This document shows positions 39,671 through 51,364 of a DNA stretch of 64,000 nucleotides, piece after piece. The stretch is taken from assembly GCA_035221665.1 (NCBI GenBank), contig CM069174.1, forward strand, positions 9,672,001-9,736,000, written 5' to 3'. The notes under the pieces are model-generated. The model was given only the letters and a program-made list of their open reading frames with translations, made no database searches and had not been told where the DNA came from. Within the stretch, counting starts at the first letter, position 1; the number at the start of each line of letters is the position of its first letter. A program made the position numbers and the translations under genes. This DNA is from Okamejei kenojei (lineage: Eukaryota).

Positions 39671-42274
39671 TTGAGACCCTCATCTCTTCCTCGGTTTTCA
39701 GTTTTTTTCCTGGCTCGTGCCTGGTAATTGTTAAAATATATCTGGGCAGCAGTGAACATTTTGACAATGAAAATATTTTGATTGATATTCCTCTTTAAAG
39801 TCTGCAAGCACCTGTCCCTCCAGTGAATGATGGAACCACAGCATGTCCCTGTAAAGACCACTTTGCTTTAAATGAATTAAAACTGAAGTTGAAAGATTGA
39901 GTTAATGTCCTCAAGAATGGGAATAACCAGAAAATAACTGTCCTGATGACTTCCTTAGCTTATTCCCATGGTTTAACCAACTGGTCAGGAACAACAACTT
40001 TACATGTGCCTTGTACTGTATATTCACATCTTACAGCTCACAAATATAACAAGTCTAAATGAAAATAAACATGAACAAATTTCCACAGTGCAATGTTTTA
40101 ATGTTAGGTTATATACCTCACTTAAACCATGCTACAAGTTTTCAGCACTGAAAACGTATCTCACATTATCAAAATGTCATAATATATACTTTAAAAAATG
40201 TGTCCTGTTTCACATTATGATCCCTGCAGCCTGAGCTCTATTGACATTCAGTAGTTATCACAAAAGCAAGGACGGAAGTATTCTAATTATGAAACACCCA
40301 CATGCTTCAGTGCAATTGGCAGCTTTAGTTCTTAAAACATCTGGATAATACATGAAATGAAATCAGGAAAAGATGAGCATTCCTTAGCTCAATCAACTCA
40401 CTTCATCCACCATTCATTAATTATTCTGTTAAGGACAACCTATGTGCCCTTACTCTATGAAGCACAAAATTGGTCCTTCACCTTCACTAAAAATATTGAA
40501 TCAGCTGTTGCTATCTCTCCCAACTTAAATTGCTATCAATGTAGCTCCTTTTAAGTTAATTAAATCAATTACCACCAATTGAGGACATTTTGTGTCCATT
40601 TTTAAACAGTTGTAAAAAAAAGGGATTGAGGTTTAATGGTTAACAATTCTAAACAGACTGGAAATTCTGTAACATGAATACAACATCTCAGATTGTATGT
40701 AAAAGCCATTGGTGTAATTATGCATCCATGAAATATCAGTTGAAATTCAAAGTTCTTATTTAATGTTCAGAGGTGCAATTGCCTTGTATTCCCACAAGGT
40801 GTTGCTACTATGCTTTCTAATTACAGACTGAAATTACCATGCATCCAGGTGACAGCTCTGCATGGCAGGAAGGGGTGGTATTGCACTGTTTCTGATTGCT
40901 AAATAGTAAATTGGTATGCAAATAAAAGTCAGAGTTAGGCTCTTTCCCCGCAGCCACATTATATCAAAACTATCAAGCCTATTTTTCTTTTTTTTTAAAC
41001 TCAGTTTTAATTTCAGGAAAAAGACGTATTGATATCCATTATGTTTAGAAAAACAAAATCTGTCTCAGTTAAAATAATGGCACTTTAGAACAGAGTACAT
41101 CAACCAATCTCACTGAAATAAACTAGTTAATTATTGCAAAAATTGCACCATGAAATTTGATAACAGTCAAGAATGATCAATGCAAGTGTAAGCACATTTA
41201 GACAAAATATTTTAAACTATTTAATAACCAAGGCCACTAATCTTAATATTTTTGTGTTTACACCCATCTAAGCTTTGTAAAAGAACAAAAAAAGGTGGGT
41301 GTGCTGGAGCTGAGCTTACTAAATAATGACTTCCCCAGACAGAAGCTGGTCTTCAGACAATTTTGCAAGGGCAAGCTTCTTTCTGGTTTGAGTATGATAC
41401 CATTTAATGGTTTCATTATAGTTCTTGCTTATTACTCCTCTGCCTTATGTTTCAAACAAAATGTAACAGGACGTTACTACACGTTGAAAAATAAATAAAA
41501 TGCATTTGCAATTTGAATTCTTATCTTCAATTATTACAGAGGATTCCTTCCAATAGGAATTTGGTTGATGCCATTCTGAATATCTTGAATGTATCAGTTA
41601 TTAAACATGACAAACGTAAATTAAACTACTACGCTTATGGTTAAATGTTGCCAAATTATAGTATAATTGCATAATAGCACATTGTGATTCAGGCACTTAT
41701 GTATATCACATTACGTGAATTTAAATGAAAGATGAATAATTCTGCATGTACATTTATTGTTTTGCTGTATGTATATATAATCTTAATAAAGTAACACAAA
41801 TGCAGCCACAATTATCGATGTTTACTTCTGTGATACCACACTTACTCTTTTGTTTAAAATTGTTCAGTGGCACCAGTTCTCCTTCAATGGCAGTAGGTTC
41901 TGAGTTAAGCCTCACTCCAGAGACTAAAGCATATAAAACAAAAGCCAAATAGTGTGAATGTCAGAATTCTGAAATAAAACCAGAAAATCCAAGAAATATT
42001 CAGCGTCAGAGAGGAATGATTATTCTGGTCTGTTTTATGATAGGACATTTAACCCAAGACAGTAACTTCATTTATCTTTGTATCATGACCAGTTAAGCAT
42101 TTTCTGCAATTTGTGTTTGTGATACTTCAGTGCTGGACTTAAATGCAGCACACTGGGTAGTATTACTTCTCAGATTAACCAGAAATGTACACAATGCTCC
42201 AAATGTGACAATACCAACATCTTGTACAACCGTTACATGACTTCCCAACCACTGCAGAAACTAGTCTACAAAAA

Positions 42275-42421
42275 TAGACACAAAGTGTTGGAGTAACTCA
42301 GCAGGTCAGGCAGTATCTCTGGAGAACATGGATAGGTGACGTTTCGGGTCAGGACCCTTCTTCAGACACTTCTCCAGTGATGCCACCTGACCCGCCAAGT
42401 TACTCCAGCACTTTGTATCTT
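42275..42421. mobile_element. Penelope-type foldback with intact minimal hammerhead core on minus strand
   Basis: Minus strand 42365-42338: CTGAAGA AGGGTCCTGACCC GAAAC GTC. Confidence 0.78.
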
Positions 42422-42775
42422 TTCCTGTACTCAATACCCTTATCAAAGAACACAAACATATAAAACATGTTTTTCATCACCCTGTCAGTTTCACCATTTT
42501 CAAGGAATGTACCTACACTGGTAGATTTGTATTCGTACTTTTTTCCTCTTCATTTCAGCCTTTCAGTAATGCAGTACAGCCACAACAAAATTTCATGTTG
42601 TGTGATTTTTCTCTACTTTCCATTTTCTTAGAAGAGTTTTAATCCAATACAGTTATCTCATAGGAGCTTGCTTAACATGTAAAATAATGTTTCATTGGCT
42701 TTCACATTCTACCAGGCTTAGCAGCACGTGCTCAAGGTGGAGAATTGGCGCACAGCCATAGGGGTCATTGAATGT

Positions 42776-43876
42776 GAATAGAGAACTGGCTGGCAAACAG
42801 GAAGCAAAGAGTAGGAGTAAACGGGTCCTTTTCACAATGGCAGGCAGTGACTAGTGGGGTACCGCAGGGCTCAGTGCTGGGACCCCAGCTATTTACAATA
42901 TATATTAATGATCTGGATGAGGGAATTGAAGGCAATATCTCCAAGTTTGCGGATGACACTAAGCTGGGGGGCAGTGTTAGCTGTGAGGAGGATGCTAGGA
43001 GACTGCAAGGTGACTTGGATAGGCTGGGTGAGTGGGCAAATGTTTGGCAGATGCAGTATAATGTGGATAAATGTGAGGTTATCCACTTTGGTGGCAAAAA
43101 CAGGAAAGCAGACTATTATTTAAATGGTGGCCGATTAGGAAAAGGGGAGATGCAGCGAGACCTGGGTGTCATGGTACACCAGTCATTGAAAGTAGGCATG
43201 CAGGTGCAGCAGGCAGTGAAAAAAGCGAATGGTATGTTAGCTTTCATAGCAAAAGGATTTGAGTACAGGAGCAGGGAGGTTCTACTTCAGTTGTACAGGG
43301 TCTTGGTGAGACCACACCTGGAGTATTGCGTACAGTTTTGGTCTCCAAATCTGAGGAAGGACATTATTGCCATAGAGGGAGTGCAGAGAAAAGGTTCACC
43401 AGACTGATTCCTGGGATGTCAGGACTGTCTTATGAAGAAAGACTGGATAGACTCGGTTTATACTCTCTGGAATTTAGGAGATTGAGAGGGGATCTTATAG
43501 AAACTTACAAAATTCTTAAGGGGTTGGACAGGCTAGATGCAGGAAGATTGTTCCCGATGTTGGGGAAGTCCAGGACAAGGGGTCACAGCTTAAGGATAAG
43601 GGGGAAATCCTTTAAGACCGAGATGAGAAAGACTTTTTTCACACAGAGAGTGGTGAGTCTCTGGAACTCTCTGCCACAGAGGGTAGTTGAGGCCAGTTCA
43701 TTGGCTATATTTAAGAGTGAGTTGGATGTGGCCCTTGTGGCTAAGGGGATCAGAGGGTATGGAGAGAAGGCAGGTACGGGATACTGAGTTGGATGATCAG
43801 CCATGATCATGTTGAATGGCGGTGCAGGCTCGAAGGGCTGAATGGCCTACTCCTGCACCTAATTTCTATGTTTCTA
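42776..43876 (+). mobile_element. Young CR1 LINE, 5'-truncated
   Basis: ORFs 42847-43407 and 43326-43787 ([17 protein letters not shown]); nearly identical to the 58366-59410 copy. Confidence 0.96.
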
Positions 43877-44164
43877 AGCCTTGAAGACAGACTGAGTTTG
43901 CTGCTCATTGGTAATGAAAAGCCATCACATCCACATATCATATTTGGAAACCACAATAAAAAAGTGAGGTTTAGCTGTTTAGGAATTGAGTATGTTACTA
44001 CATGACAATAGTGACTGTGCCTAGGCCTGAGGAAGAATAGCCATGATCATATTGAATGATGAGGCAGACTTAAGGAGCTCAATGGCCTACAACTCCTTCA
44101 ATTTTCTTAAGTTCTTAAAAGTTCTTACTGATTTGACCATTCCCCACTGCCCGACAAATTACCT

Positions 44165-44745
44165 TCACAGTTGTAGAGCCCTAGTGAGACCACACCTGGA
44201 GTATTGTGAGCAGTTTTGGTCCCCTAATTTGAGGAAGGACATTCTTGCTATTGAGGGAGTGCAGCATAGGTTTACAAGGTTAATTCCCGGGATGGCGGGA
44301 CTGTCATATGCTGAGAGAATTGAGCAGCTGGGCTTGTACACTGGAGTTTAGAAGGATGAGAGGATATCTCATTGAAACATATAAGATTGTTAAGGGCTTG
44401 GACACACTAGAGGCAGGAAACATGTTCCCGATGTTGGGGGAGTCCAGAACCAGGGGCCACAGTTTGAGAATAAGGAGTAGGCCATTTAGAACAGAGACGA
44501 GGAAACACTTTTTCTCACAGAGAGTGGTGAGTCTGTGGAATTCTCTGCCTCAGAGGGCGGTGGAGGCAGGTCCTCTGGATGCTTTCAAGAGAGAGCTAGA
44601 TAGGGCTCTTAAAGATAGCAGAGTCAGGGGATATGGGGAGAAGGCAGGAAGGGGTACTGATTGGGGATGATCAGCCATGATCACATTGAATGGTGGTGCT
44701 GGCTTGAAGGGCCAAATGGCCTACTGCACCAATTGTCTATTGTCA
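44165..44745 (+). mobile_element. CR1 3' part
   Basis: RPHLEYC.QFWSP...; same subfamily as 12695-14425. Confidence 0.93.
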
Positions 44746-46602
44746 CATTTGTCTAATTCGCTTTTAATCGCTTTTGATTCAGCAGCAGATACAGCAACTA
44801 TCTACATTTTTAATTTTGAGATAATTTTTTTGGAATTAGTGCCAAAACCTGATCAAGATCCAAGTATCACTTGTCACAATAAATTATGCATTCCTAGATT
44901 TTAACCAGACCCATCTTGAGGGTTACTTCCCAGGCTGGTTAAGCAGATTTCATGGAGACAATTCATACCTCTATTCTCACTGCCAATACCACCGTTCACA
45001 ATCACATTGACAGACTTCAGATTTCCTGATTCTTCCCACACCTCAAAAGCATCTAACCTAGACTGTACCCCACAAAACAGGCAAATGGATTTAAGTGTAT
45101 ACACATTTTTAGGACATAATAACTTGGAATAGTTTGTATCCATTTTATCAATGGAACGTGCATTCATTGTGCCTCTGCAGAAGGACCTTCTACTGTTGGG
45201 GGAAAATGCCCAAAACATGTGCCCCTTAAGTAATTATATCAGAGGCCAAATATCTGTTTAAAGGACATTTAAAAAAGCGTGTTAAGTGTCAGTGGGGGAG
45301 GCATCACAAGTAACAAAAAGGTTTCGTAAAAAGCTTACATGGCGCCAGGAGGAAATCTCTCCTCACCACATCTTGCCAGAGGCGGTGAGGATGGAATAAG
45401 ATTTACTCAACCTTTCTGGAATATTTTATACTATTTTAGTCACGGGCAGTTGACACTATCAAACAGGAGGAGCCCCAGAATAATCTTGCCAAATTTGGCA
45501 AATTTTTCCCGCCTCAATTCTTAAATGTGGTGTTACACAGTCCAAATACCAGACAGGTATTTTGCACAGGTGAAACATAATTTTCCTTGATTTACAATCA
45601 ATAAATGGGTTAACAAAACTACAATAAACTAATTTCCAGAATGCTCCAATTTGAATGTTCCTTTAAGAAAAAAAAATAGTATGCCATGGAGTGAAATCTT
45701 GACATTTTTATTTTCACAAGTTATATTTTTTTGCTTTGAAAACTGAAAAATGTCAAACATATTTTGTTTTACCCTGAGGTGATGGATTCCGATCCAAAGT
45801 TTGATCAGTGGCAGAAATTATGTCTTGTAGGCTAAGATCAATTGGGGTTGAAGGTACTGTAAAATCTGAAATGTAACACATGTTGGCATTATGTAAATAT
45901 TGATCAATATGCTTGTTTAGCTTACTTAAATTAAACTTGTGTGTAATAATTATACAATCTCCAAGCATACTGTATTAATAACCAAAATATTTTATTGAAG
46001 CGTTTGAATTTATAGGCACAGATTTTCCCCAAGCATTCTAATCTCCAGCTGAAGCTTTAGTGCAAGATTGGCAGCAACTCTGAGAAACAACGTAAATAGC
46101 TATTTCAATATTTTCTGCAGGAGTTGCAATAATCTTCTACTCAAATTACAATGAGAGATTAAGAAAACCCGCCAAAAATTCCACTCCAGCATGAGCTACT
46201 TTAAAACATTTCAGAATTGATTAGTACAAAGAGCCTGGCTGATTATACAGGTAAAATAACAAAAACACTAACATTTTATACAGTATGATAATGCTCCTCC
46301 AAACATTTGGTAAAGCTTCAGTGAAAGATATGCTATCCTCTAGGAAAGGTAATCAGCGCAGTAAGTCACCATAAACAATTATCATTCCAACCAGTTATCA
46401 CCCAGTTTTCTCGGACAGGGAGGGTCATGCAGCTCAGGAGAGTAATTTGTGTGAGGGAGAATTAAAATTTACCAGTATCCTGGGAACTCAGCATTTTCTC
46501 AGAAGTATCACTGAAAGGCGAGGCTGGCACATCTTGGTCCCTGTTACCAACTGAAGAATGAAATCAGTATTACATAAGATTGTCAGCTTTACTTGAGTAA
46601 TG

Positions 46603-46796
46603 TTAACCAGCTTTTTCAAAATTACCTTCTTCCATCATTTCATAAACCCAGATGTCAAACCACTCAAGACCAGATCTTTCAATCTCGGGCACCAGATGCA
46701 AGGGTGATTCTGGTAGTAGAGATGCAAACCGCCGACTGTATGGAGAGTAATAGGTAGAAGTTGTTTGATGACTTGCTCTATGTTCCATTTCAAACA
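46603..46796 (-). CDS. Candidate terminal exon / 61-aa small ORF (MEHRASHQ...GLEWFDIWVYEMMEEGNFEKAG*), unidentified
   Basis: Acceptor tgtttaatattccag at 46797-46811; ATG at 46788 in gaaATGG context; two of three frames stay open for more than 50 codons. Confidence 0.35.
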
Positions 46797-47079
46797 CTGG
46801 AATATTAAACACATAAAACTATCGATCCCATCCAAAAATCTTCAATTTGTAACCTGTATTAATATTTTTAATGTTTCTTAATGAGAAAGTGGTGGATATG
46901 AATGATGAAAGGAATTGAAAATGGCGCTCATATTTCAAAATGTTCTTGAGAGGTTACAGACAAGAGATTACTGGGAGAATTTCAGGGGATGGGTGGCAAA
47001 TTGGGTCAATAACTGATAAGGAGTGATAAAATAAAGAACAAATTATGGACAGTACTCAAGTGAAAGGAAGGGCATTTGG

Positions 47080-48530
47080 TTTAGCCAGAAACATTTGGCT
47101 CCAGACCTCATTGCAGTCTTAGCCCAAACATGAAAAAGAGTAAAATGCATTAGTGTGGTACAACCTACTGGCCTTAAAAGCCAGCATTTGACTGGAAATA
47201 GCATCAAGAAGCCTTGATAGCGTTGAAGTCACAGTGAAAAAACAGTCCAATGGCTAGAGTCAATAATAATATTATTCCACTTGCCGGAATGAACTCAGTT
47301 CCAATAACTCTCATGAATCTTGACACCATCCAGGACAAAGCAGACTGCTTGAGTGGCACCCTATCCATCATCCTAATAATATACCTGGCACAAAAGAATA
47401 TGATTGGGTTGTTGTTGAAGAAGCACCAGGACATCACCACAGGACATTTCCTCAGGTCAGTGTATGCTAGGCCCAGCCATATTTATACAGAGATGCCAAC
47501 CCTAAATTTAGTTCACAGTAACATTCAACCCATTTGTCCGTAACAAATGGGGTTAAATGCATTTCTCTCTGTAACATACTCACTTGGGGTTGTTGCCGGC
47601 GGCTATGCGCCTGCGCACTGGTGCAGATCAGCGGGCTGCCGGCGGGCGGGTGCGGCACATGCGCACTTGGCAAGGTTGCCGGCGGGTCTGCGCCTGCGCA
47701 CTGGGTGGGGGTGGGGGGGAGGCCCGGTGATGGGGCTGCCGCGAGCGGCCGGCTGGCGGCAAGAAAGTGCCGCTGATCGCGCGGGCCGGCGCCGCCCGGG
47801 CTCTGGGCCGGGCGTGGCTGCGAGCTGCCAGGCTGGCAAACCGGGGGCACATGGCGCCGGCGTTCACCACGGGAGGAACACCGGCGCGGCGGTGTTCCGT
47901 AACAGCATGTTTGGCTGCCGGAACACCGTAAAAAGGTTATTTCGCCGGGACAAAATACGGCGAATCCGGGACACTTGGCATCTCTGTTTATACCATCAAT
48001 AAACTCCTTTCCATCATAAGATCAGAAGTGGGGATGTTTCCTGATGATTGCACAATTCTCAACTCCATGATGATTCCTCAGATAATGAAGCAGTCAATAT
48101 CTACATGCAGCAAGATCTAGACTACATTAGACTACATTAAGGCATGTGCTGATGAGTGGAAAGTAACATACGTGCCAAAAAAATGCCAGCCAATTATCAT
48201 CACCAACACAAGACAGTCAAACCATCCAATCTTAACATCAGCATTGCTACCATTGGGACTGCACAATCTACATCCTCAAGATCACTGTCAATCAGGTACT
48301 TAACTAGAACAGTCACATAAATACTGTGCTTGCAAGAGAAGAGCAGAGCAGAGGCTGGGTATCCTGCCCGAGTCACTTGCTTCCTAACACTCTAAATACA
48401 CTCCACTTGCCGGAATGAACTCAGTTCCAATGACTCTCATGAATCTTGACACCATCCAGGACAAAGCAGACTGCTTGAATGGCACCCTATCCATCATCCT
48501 AAACATTCACTCCCTACGCTGCCAAAGCGT
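47080..48530 (+). mobile_element. Old L2/CR1-group LINE RT fragment interrupted by a MITE
   Basis: Degenerate PQ.SV.GP and IRSEVGMF.DDCT (YADD-type) motifs, QQDLD.I..AD.W. Confidence 0.7.
47488..47986. mobile_element. GC-rich hAT MITE with 6-bp TSD
   Basis: 12-bp TIR CAGAGATGCCAA / TTGGCATCTCTG; perfect TSD TTTATA (47482-47487, 47987-47992); internal blocks shared with 54290-54365. Confidence 0.88.
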
Positions 48531-49264
48531 ATCTGCCAAGAGCAGATCTTTTGGCAGATATGCTTATCTGCCAAAGCTACTGTGATGTTATGTTCTCATG
48601 ATTGCAGTGGTTTAAAAAAAAAACCTCACCAATCTGAGATGGGAATTGTAACCTTGGCGACATCCAGTAAATTGAATATAAAAATAAAGTGGTACATTTC
48701 TGCTTTTACTTTTGTTCACTCTATTTAATATTGTCCATTAAATGCGTTGTCCAAACTTCTATTAATCAGAATAACAAAGGACAGGAGGTATCCAAATATT
48801 AACCAATTCTTGCCTTCATATTATGATTCGTTCTGCATCCTTCATAACTTTCACAAAGTATATTCCAGATCATAACAAATTGTTGGGTAAAATATATTCA
48901 CATTTCACCTCATGTTCTTTCACTATTAATCCTCAATTTATTTTAATCAAAATCCTTAATGATATTGAACATTGCTTTCAACTTTATCCTTAACTTCCTC
49001 TAAAGAGAACACTCTGCTTTTCAAGTTGCTCCATTTAATCAGTTTTGCACTGTCAAATAAATTATTTCTGAATGTTTTGACATACTTACTAAAATCCAGT
49101 ACCTCGGACCAATTATTTATAAAGGCTTATCATAACCTCCTGCAGTCTATGCTTATAGATACAATCCAGGATTCCATATGCTGCCTTGAGCAGCTTCAAA
49201 GATCTGTTGGGGAAGTCTTACCACCCTCCTGGGCCTGGAGGGATTGAGTCATAAGGCTGCATAA

Positions 49265-49875
49265 GTCATATGCTGGAGCTGTTTTCACTGAAGCATGGGT
49301 GGTTGAGGGGTATCCAAACAGAAGTATATAACATCACCAGGTGGATGGTCTTTTCCCCCAGTATAGGGGAATCTAACACTAGAGGTAGAGGGCATAGATT
49401 TAAGGAGAGAGGGAAAGATTTAAAAGGGATCCAAGAAACAGGTACAATTATAAAAGACATTTAAACACGCATATGGACAAGAAACGTTAAGGAGTCACAC
49501 AGGGACGGATTAAGACCCATAGAGGCCCTAAGCACTTAAAAGATTTTTGTTCCCCCATATATATGTAATTCAAAATATAAACAATAATAAACCATAAAAT
49601 AAATTTTTATTTTTCAAAATGAAACAAAACTAACAGTAAGATGGAAAATAATGTTTATTTTTGTATACTTCCACTTTATTTATATTTGAAAAGTTTTCTC
49701 CTACTTTCTGTGGTGCCCCCTTCCCTTGATGCCCTAAGCACGTGCTTATTTTGCTCAATGGTTGATCCAGCCCTGAGTCACACACAGGTAAATGGGACTT
49801 ACTTAGACATCTTAGTCAGCATGGACAAGTTGTGTCGAAGGCCCCGTTTCCCTGCAGTATAATTTTGATTCTATA
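49265..49875 (+). mobile_element. Old CR1 3' fragment (host of a MITE)
   Basis: LELFSL...TRGRGHRFKERG; tail gaaggccccgtttcc. Confidence 0.7.
49500..49775. mobile_element. hAT (Tip100-like) MITE
   Basis: TIR CAGGGACGGATTAA / TTGATCCAGCCCTG; flanking duplication agtcaca. Confidence 0.8.
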
Positions 49876-50056
49876 ATTAAATGTTGTAACTGTATAGTAC
49901 TGTACTCAAAGCTTAGCTCGATCCGCAAATCTGGTGTGCAGATCTTGAGTACTACAGCCAGAATGTGCGATTTCCTGGATTCTATGCCCTCTGCTGATTC
50001 TTGACATCACGCAAAGTGAATTAATTAAGCTGAAGTCTGACTTTTGTGGCACTTAC

Positions 50057-50166
50057 CGAATACTTGTCCACCCAATGTTTCTCCTGAACCACTTGACCTT
50101 TGACCTCATCAGTCTTGGTCCATACATGGAAAAAGCCAAGGTGAAGCACTGATGCATCACCTCTGG
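50057..50166 (-). other. Candidate exon of an unidentified minus-strand transcript
   Basis: catattcag|CCAGAG...TATTCG|gtaagt; two frames open throughout. Confidence 0.4.
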
Positions 50167-50900
50167 CTGAATATGGTTCCAAATACTTCAACATGGCCAT
50201 GAAATCTCACACTGGCATTATTAAGAAGTTTAATAATTAACTCTTTACAACATTCACAATTAACTCTCCGCAACGTTCACAATTAGATGTTGTTGGACTC
50301 AATCTAACCCATTATTGTGCATTGCCTTGTTTTATCCACCCTCCTGAAACCCACACTTCCCCAGGTTGATTTTTATTTGCCAGTTCTGTACCATCACAGC
50401 CAGTTCTTACATATCTCACTGTAGCCTACCAATTTATTTTTGTCAACCCCACTGCTGATTTTGGTAAACTTAACCAAACCATTTGTTTCAAAGCCATTAA
50501 TGTATTTTAAGAAAAGGGGCCACCCAGTACTGTACACAACCCTCCATTCACTAAACCTTTACTAATTATTTCCCTTTATCTTCTCTCACGGAGCCAACTT
50601 CCCTTGGATCCCATTTGCTTTAATATTCATGACTTATGCACTTTTGTCAAACACCTTACCAAAATTCCTGAACTCTACATCAAGCCTGTTCCCGCCACAC
50701 CACTCAACCAATCACAAAATACAGGAGAATAAACATACTCACTTGTAAACCTGTTTACAAAGCACCGAGGAGCAATTGACCAGTTGGACAACCCTCAACC
50801 TTTCAGGTTGTACATGTGAATGGTCAATGGTTAATGTAGCGATGTTATAATACCTACCTTCAGCGGTGCCGCAGTTCTGCCACTGGCCGTGTGCGCAACT

Positions 50901-50933
<33 letters not shown>

Positions 50934-51364
50934 GGGGGGCGGGATTAAAATCCAGTTTTGTACCGCTTATCAGAGATGGATTTCCTCGGGCTGCGAGTCG
51001 ATGTAGAAAATTCGATCGGACTTCCCTTCCCGTTTTTATTTTTATTTTTTATTTTTTTTAAATCGCTGTACAATTTAATAGTTTGATTAAAATAAAAGGC
51101 GACTTCTAACGCCCTCAACGCCTACAACGTGACGGATCGCAAAAACGGGACAAAACAAAGGGCAAGTCCAGACCTCCCAACATTTGATTGTCAAAATTCA
51201 TAATATTTCCCCTCAAAATTCATATTTTTTTAATGAAAATTCATAATATGTCGCGGCGCCCTATTCGGGGGTCCCATGTCACAAATTCTAAATTGTGAAG
51301 AAGTATTTTAAATGCCAAAAATGTGAAAAAGGTACATGTATGCTGAAACATTTATAATTCTTTG

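Noticed and set aside
42765-43123. Antisense and alternative-frame ORFs over CR1 copies (also 13744-14094 and 58345-58641)
   Set aside because: Shadow ORFs of the CR1 RT sequence
44901-45218. 105-aa minus-strand ORF
   Set aside because: No recognisable motif and no convincing splice context
47467-48002. Several overlapping Ala/Arg/Pro-rich ORFs (also 53999-54383 and 55975-56655)
   Set aside because: Stop-poor GC-rich MITE, tandem-repeat or CpG-island DNA; no domain signal
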